The position numbers and the translations under genes were made by a program. From a candidate division FCPU426 bacterium (GTDB lineage: Bacteria > Oederibacteriota > Muellerivitia > Muellerivitales > Muellerivitaceae): a stretch of DNA of 64,000 bases. Below the pieces are notes generated by a model. It saw only the letters and a program-made list of their open reading frames with translations, was not told the DNA's origin and made no database searches. This document shows, piece after piece, positions 20,321 through 30,156 of the stretch. The stretch spans positions 416,001-480,000 of the forward strand of contig CAWCKJ010000004.1 in the NCBI GenBank assembly GCA_963796105.1, given 5' to 3'. Within the stretch, counting starts at the first letter, position 1, and each line of letters starts with the position of its first letter.

Positions 20321-21308
20321 AATGCCTCTCCAAACGGTACCTGTTGAAATAAAGGAATACAGGAGTATACTCATTGTTGGAGGGGCAAATTATGAACTAC
20401 CAACGGATGAAGGGGATTGAGATTTTCAAGGAAATCGATACAGAAGAAAAGGCACGTCAATGGGTGTGGAAGAGCCGTTTTGCCGGAAAAGACTTTGTTT
20501 GCCCACAATGTGAAGGAGAAAGTTTCTGGCAACACAAAAACCGCCCCGAAGTGCGGGAATGTGACTATTGTCGAAAGCAAATACGGCTTCGAGCCGGAAC
20601 GATCTTCCGGAAATCCAAGATCCCAATCTTAACCTGGTTGAGGATGATTGGATTGGTGATGCAAGGGAAAAGGGGCATTTCAGCCCTGGAACTTCAGCGG
20701 CAATTGGGAATGCCCTCCTACGATACCGTTTGGAGGATGTTGCATAAGATTCGGGAAAGTCTTCGACAAAGGGATGAAAATTACCAACTCAAGGAAATCA
20801 TTGAGTTGGATGGGGCTGTATTCGGCAAGAGAGAAAAGGAAAACCAGGCTGAAGTGCTGGTGGCGGTTGAAAGCAAAGAATGGATAGATGAGAAAGGGCG
20901 CAAAAAAGAGAAAGCGGGTTTTGCAAAGATAAAGGTGACCGCAGAAACCAAGTGGGAAGCCCAAGCATTCGTCGATCAAGCAATCCAGAAAGGCGCCATG
21001 ATAAACACGGATGCCAGTCCCAGCTTGAGAAACTTGGAAAACGTGGATGTGGAGTACCAGGTAACAGCCAATGACCCAGTGGTGTTAAATCACTGGTTAC
21101 CTTGGGTCCACCGATTCATTTCCAACGCCAAGGCTTGGATCCTAGGAACCCATCATGGAGTCAACGTGAAATATCTGCCTGGATACTTGAGCGAATATAC
21201 TTATCGGTTCAATCGTCGCCATGACCCAGATTCCTTATTTCACCGGGCCTTAACCGCTTGCGCTTTGGCAAAACCCATTACTGCGCAAGCGTTGTTCGGA
21301 TAGGCATG
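20321..21308 (+). mobile_element. IS1595-family insertion sequence
   Basis: Inverted repeats ATGCCTCTCCAAAC / ATGCCTATCCGAAC; 8-bp target duplication GACAGTCA (20313-20320, 21309-21316). Confidence 0.92.
20392..21303 (+). CDS. IS1595 (ISXO2-like) transposase
   Basis: Zinc ribbon CPQC..CDYC, GISALELQRQL, IELD, NTD, GTHHGV, YLSEYTYRFNRR. Confidence 0.93.
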   Translation: MNYQRMKGIEIFKEIDTEEKARQWVWKSRFAGKDFVCPQCEGESFWQHKNRPEVRECDYCRKQIRLRAGTIFRKSKIPILTWLRMIGLVMQGKRGISALELQRQLGMPSYDTVWRMLHKIRESLRQRDENYQLKEIIELDGAVFGKREKENQAEVLVAVESKEWIDEKGRKKEKAGFAKIKVTAETKWEAQAFVDQAIQKGAMINTDASPSLRNLENVDVEYQVTANDPVVLNHWLPWVHRFISNAKAWILGTHHGVNVKYLPGYLSEYTYRFNRRHDPDSLFHRALTACALAKPITAQALFG

Positions 21309-21892
21309 GACAGTCACGAAAGCCCCATATTGCCACCATCTCCACAATTTCAATATATTGGCCAGGTCCTCCTTGATCACGGCTTCCCTCCCGGGATATT
21401 CCCTGGTTTTCGGGTTCCCATGATAGGCCGGAGAATCATCCTCGACTGCTTCCAGGTCAGGCTTTTCCCTAGGCTTGGCCTCGCTTTTCTCGACCGATAA
21501 GTCTTTCAAAAATTTCGCCAGGACGGTTTTCCGCTTCTCGATGTCGTCAGCGCCGCCGCCCAATTCCCCCCAAACCTTCAGGTCCGCGCCCGACTCAATA
21601 ATCCCTTTGACCTTGAGCAATATTTCCGGTTCCAGCGCCTTGCATTCCCACTGGGCCTTGGCCAGGGCAAACCAGAAATTGTCCAAATCGTCCGGATTAT
21701 CCATCAAGTCCTGGTTCTCGGCCTTGAGTTCCGGGGTAATTTCGGCGGCTGAAAGCCCTTGGTTATAGAGATCGAAAAATTCATCGTAAACATCCATGAA
21801 AGTGTCGTTCTCGTCTATTTCCGTTCCCCATGCGCCCATTGTCATTTCCTTTCAATCTTCTTCGTTCACCATCCCTGCCGATCACTATGGAG

Positions 21893-22887
21893 CTATTGGC
21901 TCCCTGCGGTTGACAACTCCTTTGAGTCACTTGACCATCTTTTTTTAAGGTTTTTGATGGCTTTTTTGGCTGGTTCAAAACCAAGATCTGCGGCCTTCTT
22001 ATACCACTTTATGGTTTCCTGAAAATCCTGGGAGACGCCATTTCCTTTTTCATACAAATTACCAATATTGTATTCAGCAACCGCGTTACCTTGGTTAGCA
22101 GCCTTTTGATACCACTTCATGGCTTCCTGATAATTACGGGAGACTCCATAACCGTGCACATAAAAAATACCAATATTGCATTCAGAATATGCATCCCCTT
22201 GTTCAGCTCCCTTTCGGTACCATTTTATTGCTTCTTTGTAATCCTGGCTTACTCCATCCCGGCAAAATCTTGGGAAGCCGCCTTTTGAAACCACATCATT
22301 GCTTCTTGGTAATCTTGAGTCACACCGTAACCTTGTTCATACAAACAACCAATAAAATATTCAGCGGCAGGATCCCGTTTCGTAGCGGCTTTTTGATACC
22401 ATTTCATTGCTTCATGATAATTTTTGGTTACGCCCTGTCCATTTTGGTAAAGAAAACCAATCGATTTTTCAGCAAGAAGATTTCCATGTTTAGCGGCCTT
22501 TTGATACCATTTCATAGCCATATTAAAATCTTGTGCCACGCCTTTCCCTTGGGAATATAAAATACCAATATTACATTCAGACCTTGCGTCACCTTTTTCA
22601 GCCGCTTTTTGCCACCACTTCATGGCTTCACGGCAATCTTGTGGCACCCCTTGTCCCTCGCAATACAGGCTGGCAATATCGGATTCTGCACTGGCGTTTC
22701 CCTTTGCGGCCGCTTTTCGTAACAACTCCATGGCTTTGGAATAATCCCCAGCTTCATACGCTACCGAAGAGCTTTTAATTTCTTCATCTCCCGGATTGGA
22801 TTGCGAGTATAGAAAAAAGGGACAACAAACTGAAAAACCGATTATGGCGACTAATACTTGTATGCCATTGATAAATATATTATTCAT
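21893..22887 (-). pseudogene. secreted Sel1-repeat protein broken by an internal frameshifting deletion near 22260
   Basis: G.GV.QD..EA..WY.KAA repeats in two ORFs (22249-22887 and 21893-22294); one repeat lacks its middle at the junction. Confidence 0.8.
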
Positions 22888-23056
22888 TATTTATACCTTT
22901 CGTTTTTTCGTCCAACTCGCCTCCCCATAGTGGACAAGCTTAAAGCCATTCCATTTGAATTTGAAGAAAAAGGGCAAAAAACAAAAGCGTATGAATTGGT
23001 TAGAAGGGTTTTGTGGGGAATAAAAGAAACTTTTAATTGAATTTTTTCTCGAAGGG

Positions 23057-23186
23057 AACTTTCGTCCCGCCGCACAAGGCGGCGCCGAATCCTGGGGTTC
23101 GAACCCTTCCTTTTCAATCAATAAACCCCAGCCACCCTATAAGGGGATCTGGGGTTTAATGGCGGAGAGAGGCTCAGAACGAAAGA
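23057..23186 (-). repeat. tRNA-Ser 3'-end/terminator/hairpin unit, copy A
   Basis: Homologous to 24082-24210 and 24246-24360. Confidence 0.9.
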
Positions 23187-23230
23187 CAAGGGACGACCCT
23201 CCGGAATGCCTAGTTCTCCGCTCCCAACGG

Positions 23231-23635
23231 CTACAACGAATTTAAGAATTGGGCCGTACTTTGAATCAATATACCTCGGGTCTTACGGGGCTTATTCATG
23301 TGGGGGCCAAAATCCTTCAAGTCCCCTGTTAGCAAATGGGTGGCGCGCGCATGGACCGCCGAGAGGAATATGGGTTTGTCCTTGTTGGGGAGATGGATAG
23401 GACAATTTTCCTCTGTAATAGTAGGAATGGTTTCAACCCAACGGGAAAGGGTTCTTAAGTTGGGCAAAGCAACAGGTCTTTTGAGGGTAAGGTTTCTTTC
23501 GGCTTCCAACCAAGCCCAATCACAAGTGATGAAAACCCAGCCTGCTTCCCGGCCGGTTTGAATTAGGACATGATGGGAACTTCGAGGATCATAAGCGGCG
23601 GAGAAAAGAACGTTCGCGTCGAGGAAAATCCTCAT
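23231..23635 (-). CDS. PIN-domain toxin (VapC-like)
   Basis: IFLDANVLFSA...EAERNL...KD.PI...LLTGDLKDF. Confidence 0.88.
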   Translation of the reverse strand: MRIFLDANVLFSAAYDPRSSHHVLIQTGREAGWVFITCDWAWLEAERNLTLKRPVALPNLRTLSRWVETIPTITEENCPIHLPNKDKPIFLSAVHARATHLLTGDLKDFGPHMNKPRKTRGILIQSTAQFLNSL

Positions 23636-23889
23636 TTCTTATGACTGAGTATCTTTTTGCGAAGGGAGGCCGTTGCCTCCCGCGTCAAGCGGCCCTCTTT
23701 TTTCCAGCGGGCGATTTGTTCATTTGAATACAATTCAATTTCAAATGGTTTCAAAAGCAAATTATTTCCGTGTTCTTTCACTACAAAGGCACAGCCTGTT
23801 TTTGTTCCCAATTGCCGTTTAAAAGACGCGGGCAACGATAGTACACCGCCTTGAAGAACGGCTATGGATCCTGAAGATTTTTGGTTCAT
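23632..23889 (-). CDS. AbrB/MazE-type antitoxin
   Basis: GVLSLPASFKRQLG...LLLKP; ATGA overlap with the PIN gene. Confidence 0.75.
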   Translation of the reverse strand: MNQKSSGSIAVLQGGVLSLPASFKRQLGTKTGCAFVVKEHGNNLLLKPFEIELYSNEQIARWKKEGRLTREATASLRKKILSHKK

Positions 23890-24081
23890 GGTTGTAACTC
23901 CCCGTCCTGACTATCGTTGATACCCTGCGATGCGAAAGGCTGGCTTCCTGAATAATTATACAATACACAATTCCAATAAAGAAACCGAGCATTCAGGAAA
24001 CTTTTTCATAAGGAATGCCTTCCCCCCGGCAAGTCTGCGCTCTAGGCAATCGGCAACATTTAACTAAATTTTTTTGAAGGA

Positions 24082-24210
24082 AACTTTCGTCCCGCCGCCA
24101 AAGGCGGCGCCGAACCCTGGGGTTCGAAACCTTCCTTTTCAATCAATAAACCCCAGCCACCCTATAAGGGGAGCTGGGGTTTATTGGCGGAGAGAGCGCT
24201 CAGAACGAAA
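24082..24210 (-). repeat. tRNA-Ser 3'-end/terminator/hairpin unit, copy B
   Basis: Homologous to copies A and C. Confidence 0.9.
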
Positions 24211-24309
24211 AGAACATTTATCTAAATTTTATTCTCAATGGTTATTTTCGTCCCGCCGCCTTCGGCGGCGCCGAACCCAGGGGGTTCGAATCCTTCCTTT
24301 TCAATCAAT

Positions 24310-24344
24310 AAACCCCAGCCCCCCCATAAGGGGAGCTGGGGTTT
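24310..24344 (-). terminator. terminator-like hairpin after tRNA-Ser
   Basis: AAACCCCAGC...GCTGGGGTTT immediately after the CCA end. Confidence 0.75.
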
Positions 24345-24346
24345 AT

Positions 24347-24436
24347 TGGCGGAGAGAGAGGGATTCGAACCCCCGTTACGCTTTCGCGTAAAGCTGATTT
24401 CGAGTCAGCCGCATTCGACCACTCTGCCATCTCTCC
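24347..24436 (-). tRNA. tRNA-Ser (CGA)
   Basis: GGAGAGATGGCAGAGTGGTCGAATGCGGCTGACTCGAAATCAGC...GGGGGTTCGAATCCCTCTCTCTCCGCCA; 90 nt with a long variable arm. Confidence 0.97.
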
Positions 24437-24483
24437 GGTCATTCCAAAACCCTTTGCTGGAAAGGGATTTACAACTTTTTCCT

Positions 24484-25585
24484 TTACGCCTGGGCCTGCT
24501 GGTTTGTGCCCGGTGTCATAACCGTGTCAATCAAACCCGCCATCCGGCCCAAAGCGACCTTCCGGTCCTCACGGTCCACCCGGTCATAGCGCCTAAAGAC
24601 CGCGTAGGTCTTATGGCCCGAAATGGACATGATCACCGTATCACTGACCCCGGCCTTACGGTAGTTCGTCACCGCGCAATGCCTCAAGTCGTGGAACCTG
24701 AAATCCTCGATTCCCGCCTTCCGGCACGCCGCTCGCAAAGCCGTTCCTGGGGTCCCTAACACGCTTGCCTAGGTAGAAAAAAACGTAAGGGCTTCCCAAG
24801 ATCCTGGGTATCCGTTGAAAGAGGGCTATCAGCTTTTCGTTCAACGGTATTTCCCGCTTTTCCTGTGTCTTGGTGTCGGCGGCTTCTAGGGTGATGACCC
24901 CGTTTTTGAGGTCCACCTGATCCCACCGCAAGCCCAGGATTTCCCCCCGCCTCATCGCAGTCCAATACGCCAGTTCCACTATATCCCGCAAATGAGGGCG
25001 ACAGCAGCCTAGCAAAGCTTGGTACTCCCCGGCGCTCAAAGTCCTGTTCCTGGAATGTTCCTTAAAGTGTTGAATCCCCGCAATCGGATTGCGGTCCAAC
25101 TGCCTGTTCAAAACCGCCCGGCTCACGATGGTTTTGAGGCAGGCAACGTCCCGGTTGAGGGTCGCGTCCTTTAAGGCCTTGCCCTGCTTAATCAGGCTTC
25201 CCTGTTGCCGCCTTTGAAGAAGGTAGGCGTCCACCAGGTCCACCGTTAAGCTCTGCAAGGGCCGGTTTCCAAAGAAGGCTTTCAGCCTCACCACTATCTG
25301 GGCGTCGTTCCTAAAAGTTTTTTTCCGGGCCTTTGAATAGGCAAGGAAGGAATCCGCCGCTTCCAGGAATGTGGTTTGGGGCTTGTCGCTGTCAAAATAC
25401 TTTTGCTCAACGATAGCCTGCATTTTTTGGGCTAGTACCCTTTTAGCTTGGGCCGCTGGAATCTGTCCCAAACGGACCCTCTTGCGCTTCCTCAACCCTC
25501 CTTCCCGGATGAAATAATCCAAAAAATACCCCTTGTCGTCCTTGCGGAGATGTTGGGGCAATCCATAGACATTAGGCTTGCTCAT
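24484..25585 (-). pseudogene. tyrosine integrase, frameshifted near 24733
   Basis: TAMRRGEILGL in ORF 24656-25585; FHDLRH, ISGHKT and RRY lie in another frame (24484-24762). Confidence 0.88.
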
Positions 25586-25836
25586 ATCTGCCTCCTAATG
25601 TCCCCACCAGCAAGAGTCATTGTATCAACGACACCCGCCAAATGTGGACTGGGTTTTTGAAAAACTTGAAGGAACACCGAATACCAAACCCTGGGGTGTT
25701 TGCCCACTTTCGCAAAGGGAAGGACGCCGGTTTGCCGCCAGTAACGGACGGTATTGACGGAAACCAGCGCCATCTCGGCCACTTCCTCGTCCGTCATTAA
25801 ATGGTTCCTCCGTTCTATATTCCTGCGTTCTTCCAT
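25582..25836 (-). CDS. excisionase-like HTH protein
   Basis: LMTDEEVAEMALVSVNTVRYWRQTG.LP..KVG; overlaps the integrase start. Confidence 0.85.
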   Translation of the reverse strand: MEERRNIERRNHLMTDEEVAEMALVSVNTVRYWRQTGVLPFAKVGKHPRVWYSVFLQVFQKPSPHLAGVVDTMTLAGGDIRRQI

Positions 25837-26222
25837 TGATTACCTCCTCAAGTCTAAAGATTGAAAATAATGGACCTGAAAGGTCCTACCTTCGGGGAAA
25901 GGTGTGGAAAACCCCGCTCTATAAACCTGTCCATTCTTTTTGGACAGGTTCCTGGGGGGTTTTCCACGGTTTTGTAGTTGCCGTTGACTTTGACTTTCGC
26001 TGTATCTGTATTCTTTTATTCTTATATCTTTTGCCTCTACGCCCGCGCTTTTAGGGGTGAGTCTGTCTAAGAGGCCAGACCCCACTATCGAATTCCAGCA
26101 CTCATGTAATGATGCTGGGAGAGTGGGGTCTGGCGTCGCAAGACAAGCGAACCCCTGCCTTTTGCGGGCGTTTCTTTTGTTTTTTGGGTAAAGCTGTTTT
26201 ACCCTCCGCTGGAAATTCCGAT

Positions 26223-27116
26223 TCATGCTTCCACCCCTTCCGGCTTTGCCTTTTCTATGGCCTGGGGGATTTTGAGGATGGGGTCTTTCACGAAGGGAAG
26301 GTATTCGCCTTCCAAATTGACCCAAGGGACCCTGATAAAAGGCAGGGTGGCCGCCTTCCCGAAAAAGGAAAAGCCCCAAAGGTCCTTCTGCCGGGGATCA
26401 CCCTTGAGGTAAGTAGCCAAGCCTCCCAAGAGCCTTACGGCCTGTTCCTTGTCCCGGCTTACCACCAGCCGCAAGGCCTGGGGAAAGTCCCGGTCCAGGT
26501 TTAGGATCATGGCCGCAATCTGTTGCCGGTTGTAGGGGCTATGTTCGTATTCCAGGACAAAAGCGTAGGGTTGGCCTTCCAGAGTGGCTCTGAAATAGCC
26601 GTCCGGGGTGCGCTGGTTCAGCCGCCTTAGCTTGGTCCCGGCCAGCTCCCAGCCCCGGCCTTCCTCCAAGGCCTTCTTCCAGGACATCTTCAGGCCGCAC
26701 CGCATTTCGTAGTCCGAAAGCCAGGTTAAGCCCTCCCAGGCAGGGTCCGCCTCGAAATGGATTCTCATTTCTAACAGGCGGCGGTCATGCTCCCTCTCAA
26801 AGGTGTTGATATGGGGGGAGCGGACTTCCACCGAAATGAGGATTCGGGCAAGCCCGGATAGCTGGCGCAAGGCGGGCCGGGATAAGTAGTAATAGGTGTC
26901 CTCGTTGGGGAGATTTTGGATCTTCAGCAGAAGACCTTTTTCTTCCAGGCTTCGAAGCCGCAAATAGGCGGTCTTGTAGGATTGGGATGGGTGGAATTTC
27001 TTGTGGAAAAGCTTGGTGGTGATGAACTTGTTGGAATGGATATAAGCCAGGGTAGTCACATCAACGGGGTCTATTTCCAAGGATGGCTTGGTTAGGGTTT
27101 TGATGTCTTCAGGCAT
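26223..27116 (-). CDS. replication-relaxation family relaxase
   Basis: N-terminal wHTH (RLRSLEEKGLL), EHD, and PDGYF...LEYE nuclease-like motif; coupled to the T4CP gene. Confidence 0.78.
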   Translation of the reverse strand: MPEDIKTLTKPSLEIDPVDVTTLAYIHSNKFITTKLFHKKFHPSQSYKTAYLRLRSLEEKGLLLKIQNLPNEDTYYYLSRPALRQLSGLARILISVEVRSPHINTFEREHDRRLLEMRIHFEADPAWEGLTWLSDYEMRCGLKMSWKKALEEGRGWELAGTKLRRLNQRTPDGYFRATLEGQPYAFVLEYEHSPYNRQQIAAMILNLDRDFPQALRLVVSRDKEQAVRLLGGLATYLKGDPRQKDLWGFSFFGKAATLPFIRVPWVNLEGEYLPFVKDPILKIPQAIEKAKPEGVEA

Positions 27117-28884
27117 TGTCGTCTCCCATCCGGTTTCCAATCTTTACCGGTTCCTTTTTGGCTTCCTCGGGAGTAATGAGCAGGGAGCTTTCCTTCTTCC
27201 TTTCACGGTACTGCCTGGGGCCAAGAACAATTTCAGGGTTGAAGCCCACCGGGGCTGTAGTAGCACTACCCAAATCGCTTTGGAAAACAAAGACTCCGCC
27301 ATTCGCCACGACCTTGACGATGGCTTGGCCGGTCCTGAGTTCCTTGATCCTGTTGGGGTGGAACCGGAACTTTTCCGTGATGGGGACGCTGTAACCGGCC
27401 ATCGTGTGGTCCGCCAAATAGGAAGTCACCCTGGCTTCCCGGTCCAGCTCGGTCCCGAATTGCCGGGCGAAAGATTCCGCCGTATCCGGGTCGTTCACCC
27501 TCAAAATGATCTTGTTGCTGGTGGTGTTCATCACCTGTTCCTGGAACTCCGGGGAAACGCCCCTCAAATCCCCTAGGGACTGGTGCGCCAGGAAGAGGTT
27601 CACCTGGGCTTCCCGGCATTTGTTGATGAAGTCGATGAACCGGGGATAGGCCAGGTTGTAGAACTCGTCCAGGAAGACCCGGAAGGGGTTCTCCGGCGTC
27701 ACCCGGTACCGGTCCGCCACCTGCTCGGATAGGTCCATCATGGCGAGGATGGAGAGGGCCTTGGCGTCCTGGGGGTAACGGGCGAAATTCGGGGAGAAGA
27801 GAAAGACTTGGCCGTTCGCAACCACATCCGCCATGCGGATATTCGGCTTGCGGGTGTTCAAGAGGTAGGCCCATTCGCTGTTACAGAACCGTTGGAGCCT
27901 GTTGACGAGTCCCGCCAACTCCATCCGGCGTTCCTTGGGGGACTTGCCCATCCACTGGTCCCGGAAATAGGAAGCATAGGGGGTGTTGGGATATTTCGAG
28001 CAGAAGGAACCGATGGTCTTGAAGGTATCGGCTTCCTGGGTGGCATAAAGCACGTCCTCGAATATCAGGGTTTCGATCTCTTCTTTCAAAAGACCGACGA
28101 GGTTCCGTATAACGGCTTCGGCCAATAACGAGTAATAGGGCTCGCCGCTTATGGCGTCGTGATAAAGGGCCGTGTAAGCCATGTTGGCGATGGCGTCCGG
28201 GTTGTTCCCGTAAAGGGGGTTGTAGCCGCCGGAGCGGATGAGATCGATCAAGCTGAAATGGCGGAGAGTGCGGCCTGCTTGGCTGACGTAATAGGCAACA
28301 TCTTGAAGCATGTTGCCTTTTACGTCGCTGATGAAACACCCCAAACCCTGCTTAATGGTCTGCTCGATAAAGGGCATGATGACGTAATGGGTCTTTCCGG
28401 TGCCTGTACCGCCAATTATTTGCACGTTCTCGTGGAGGGAAGAGGTTGGGAAGCCCCTCCCTCTCTTGGGAGCGATGAGTAAGGGATACTTGCCGTAATC
28501 CACATGTCTTTTCTTGACGGATTTGAAGAAAAAGCCCGCCATGGCTCCGGCGGTCAATAGGGCCGCCAAGACGAAGTAAAACCGGTTGTAATGCTCGGTG
28601 AAAGGGTCCAGCAGGGAAACGGCCATGGAAGCGGAGGCCAAAAGCTTGGTGCCGATGAAGATGTCCTTATCGTCACGGAACCAAAGAAGAAGGCCATATG
28701 GGATGATGAAGATCAATACCCATTGGCCCAGGAAGTGGTGGTTATAAATATCCGGGTCCGGGAAGGTGCCGTCTAGGTTCCCGAATCCAATAAAAGGCCA
28801 TATAAAATTGATGGCTATGAATATAAAGGGAAGAGAAACTACCAACATAATGACTTGATTGAAACTGCTCTTCGATTCGTCCAT
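27109..28884 (-). CDS. type IV coupling protein (TraD/VirD4-like)
   Basis: N-terminal TM helices, GGTGTGKT, DVKG, YNPL, FLDEF, AHQSLGDL. Confidence 0.9.
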   Translation of the reverse strand: MDESKSSFNQVIMLVVSLPFIFIAINFIWPFIGFGNLDGTFPDPDIYNHHFLGQWVLIFIIPYGLLLWFRDDKDIFIGTKLLASASMAVSLLDPFTEHYNRFYFVLAALLTAGAMAGFFFKSVKKRHVDYGKYPLLIAPKRGRGFPTSSLHENVQIIGGTGTGKTHYVIMPFIEQTIKQGLGCFISDVKGNMLQDVAYYVSQAGRTLRHFSLIDLIRSGGYNPLYGNNPDAIANMAYTALYHDAISGEPYYSLLAEAVIRNLVGLLKEEIETLIFEDVLYATQEADTFKTIGSFCSKYPNTPYASYFRDQWMGKSPKERRMELAGLVNRLQRFCNSEWAYLLNTRKPNIRMADVVANGQVFLFSPNFARYPQDAKALSILAMMDLSEQVADRYRVTPENPFRVFLDEFYNLAYPRFIDFINKCREAQVNLFLAHQSLGDLRGVSPEFQEQVMNTTSNKIILRVNDPDTAESFARQFGTELDREARVTSYLADHTMAGYSVPITEKFRFHPNRIKELRTGQAIVKVVANGGVFVFQSDLGSATTAPVGFNPEIVLGPRQYRERKKESSLLITPEEAKKEPVKIGNRMGDDNA

Positions 28885-28943
28885 TCCACACCTGGTTTTC
28901 CGGAAACCGCCCTACTCACAACCCCCGGCGGTTTCCCGCCGGG

Positions 28944-29144
28944 TTATGGTTTAGGCGGCCTCCAATCTGTTTCACGGCGCTTTTTCATGTATTGGGCCTC
29001 AATGGCCCGTTGGATCAAATCGGTCCTGGTTCGGCCTGACCGCTTTTGCTCCTTCTCAAGAGCCTCAACTAAATCCGGAAAGAGCCGAATGATGACCCGG
29101 ATTCCACCTTTGGGTTGAGGCCCGCGTTTTCTCTTTGTGTTCAT
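28944..29144 (-). CDS. ribbon-helix-helix protein
   Basis: VIIRLFPDLVEALE....GRTRTDLIQRAI; heads the mob operon. Confidence 0.78.
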   Translation of the reverse strand: MNTKRKRGPQPKGGIRVIIRLFPDLVEALEKEQKRSGRTRTDLIQRAIEAQYMKKRRETDWRPPKP

Positions 29145-29760
29145 GAATTTCTTCCTTCCTTTGTTTGGACGTTTACTAAAATCAAAAGTTACGAGACATC
29201 TAATAATATTAATTATGATATCAGAGATAACGATTTAAGACAATTCGTTTTCAGGTGTATAAGGGAAATCTAGAAAAACCTTTATATCAAGGTTGAGGAT
29301 TTTTTTATGCGATACTTTGATTTTTAAACCGCATCATGACACGACAAAAAACAAGGTGGAGAAAGTAGGGCAATTCATATTTTGGGGCATTGCGTAAAAG
29401 TTGAAAACCTTCGTGCCGTTTTTTACCGCGAAGCGCCAAAAATACTGCACTTTTTAAAATCAACACGGATTGTTGTTTAACGTAAAAAGCCTTTGAAAAT
29501 ACCTTATGGCGTTCATGCAACGAAATAATTTGGGCAAAAAGTATAAAAAATTAAAAAAATGGAAATACGTTCAGTGAATAATTTACTCGGCGTTATTTAG
29601 CGATGGTATACTTTACTTGTTATCCGCCACACCAACCTTTCTTTAATCCATCCAATTTTGAATCCGGAAAACATTTAAAACATTTTGGAATCAATAATGC
29701 TTTTTCTCACTTCCTCTTAGGCTTTGCCAGAGGGTTTGTGAATCAAAAAGGAGTTGGTTT

Positions 29761-30156
29761 ATGAAAAGTTTAAATTTTGAAAAAGTTGTTTTGTTTTCTT
29801 TGGCGTTTTTCTTGATTATCACGAAGAGCCAATCCACGCCTTTGGCCTCAAGCCTGACGGTTAAAGAAGTCATTGTGCCGGGGGAAATCATCGTTCGGTT
29901 CAAGCACGGTACCTCGAGGACCCACTCTGAAGGACTTTTGAACCGCCTAGGCAAAAGAGGAAACTTGAATTTTTCTGCATCTCGACCCTTGGTTTCGGAC
30001 GTTTACAAGGTTGAGCTTCAGAACGGGTATGGGGTTTTACACGCCATTATGGAATGCAGAAAAGACCCAAACGTTCTTTTTGCACAGCCGAATTATCGTT
30101 ATTACGCGCTAGGTTGTCCTTTGCCCACAGACCAATATTACAGTTCCCCCTATAAT
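29761..30156 (+). pseudogene. N-terminal prodomain of an S8-type protease, truncated by IS1380
   Basis: Signal peptide, VPGEIIVRFK, DPNVLFAQPNY, PTDQYY; no catalytic domain follows the IS. Confidence 0.72.

Larger units (their letters stand above)
20094..21839 (-). pseudogene. membrane protein with an MGAWG-type (DUF4259-like) N-terminus, interrupted by IS1595
   Basis: Removing the IS and one target copy rejoins ...WWQYGAFVTV|AWIFLVTW... in frame. Confidence 0.8.

Noticed and set aside
23057..24210. Additional tRNA genes
   Set aside because: Only the last ~12 nt of the tRNA plus an inverted T-arm; no D or anticodon arms
24484..25585. Integron integrase with attC cassettes
   Set aside because: No IntI-specific insertion was seen, the xis and tRNA att context fits a phage/ICE-type integrase, and no RYYYAAC...GTTRRRY attC series was found
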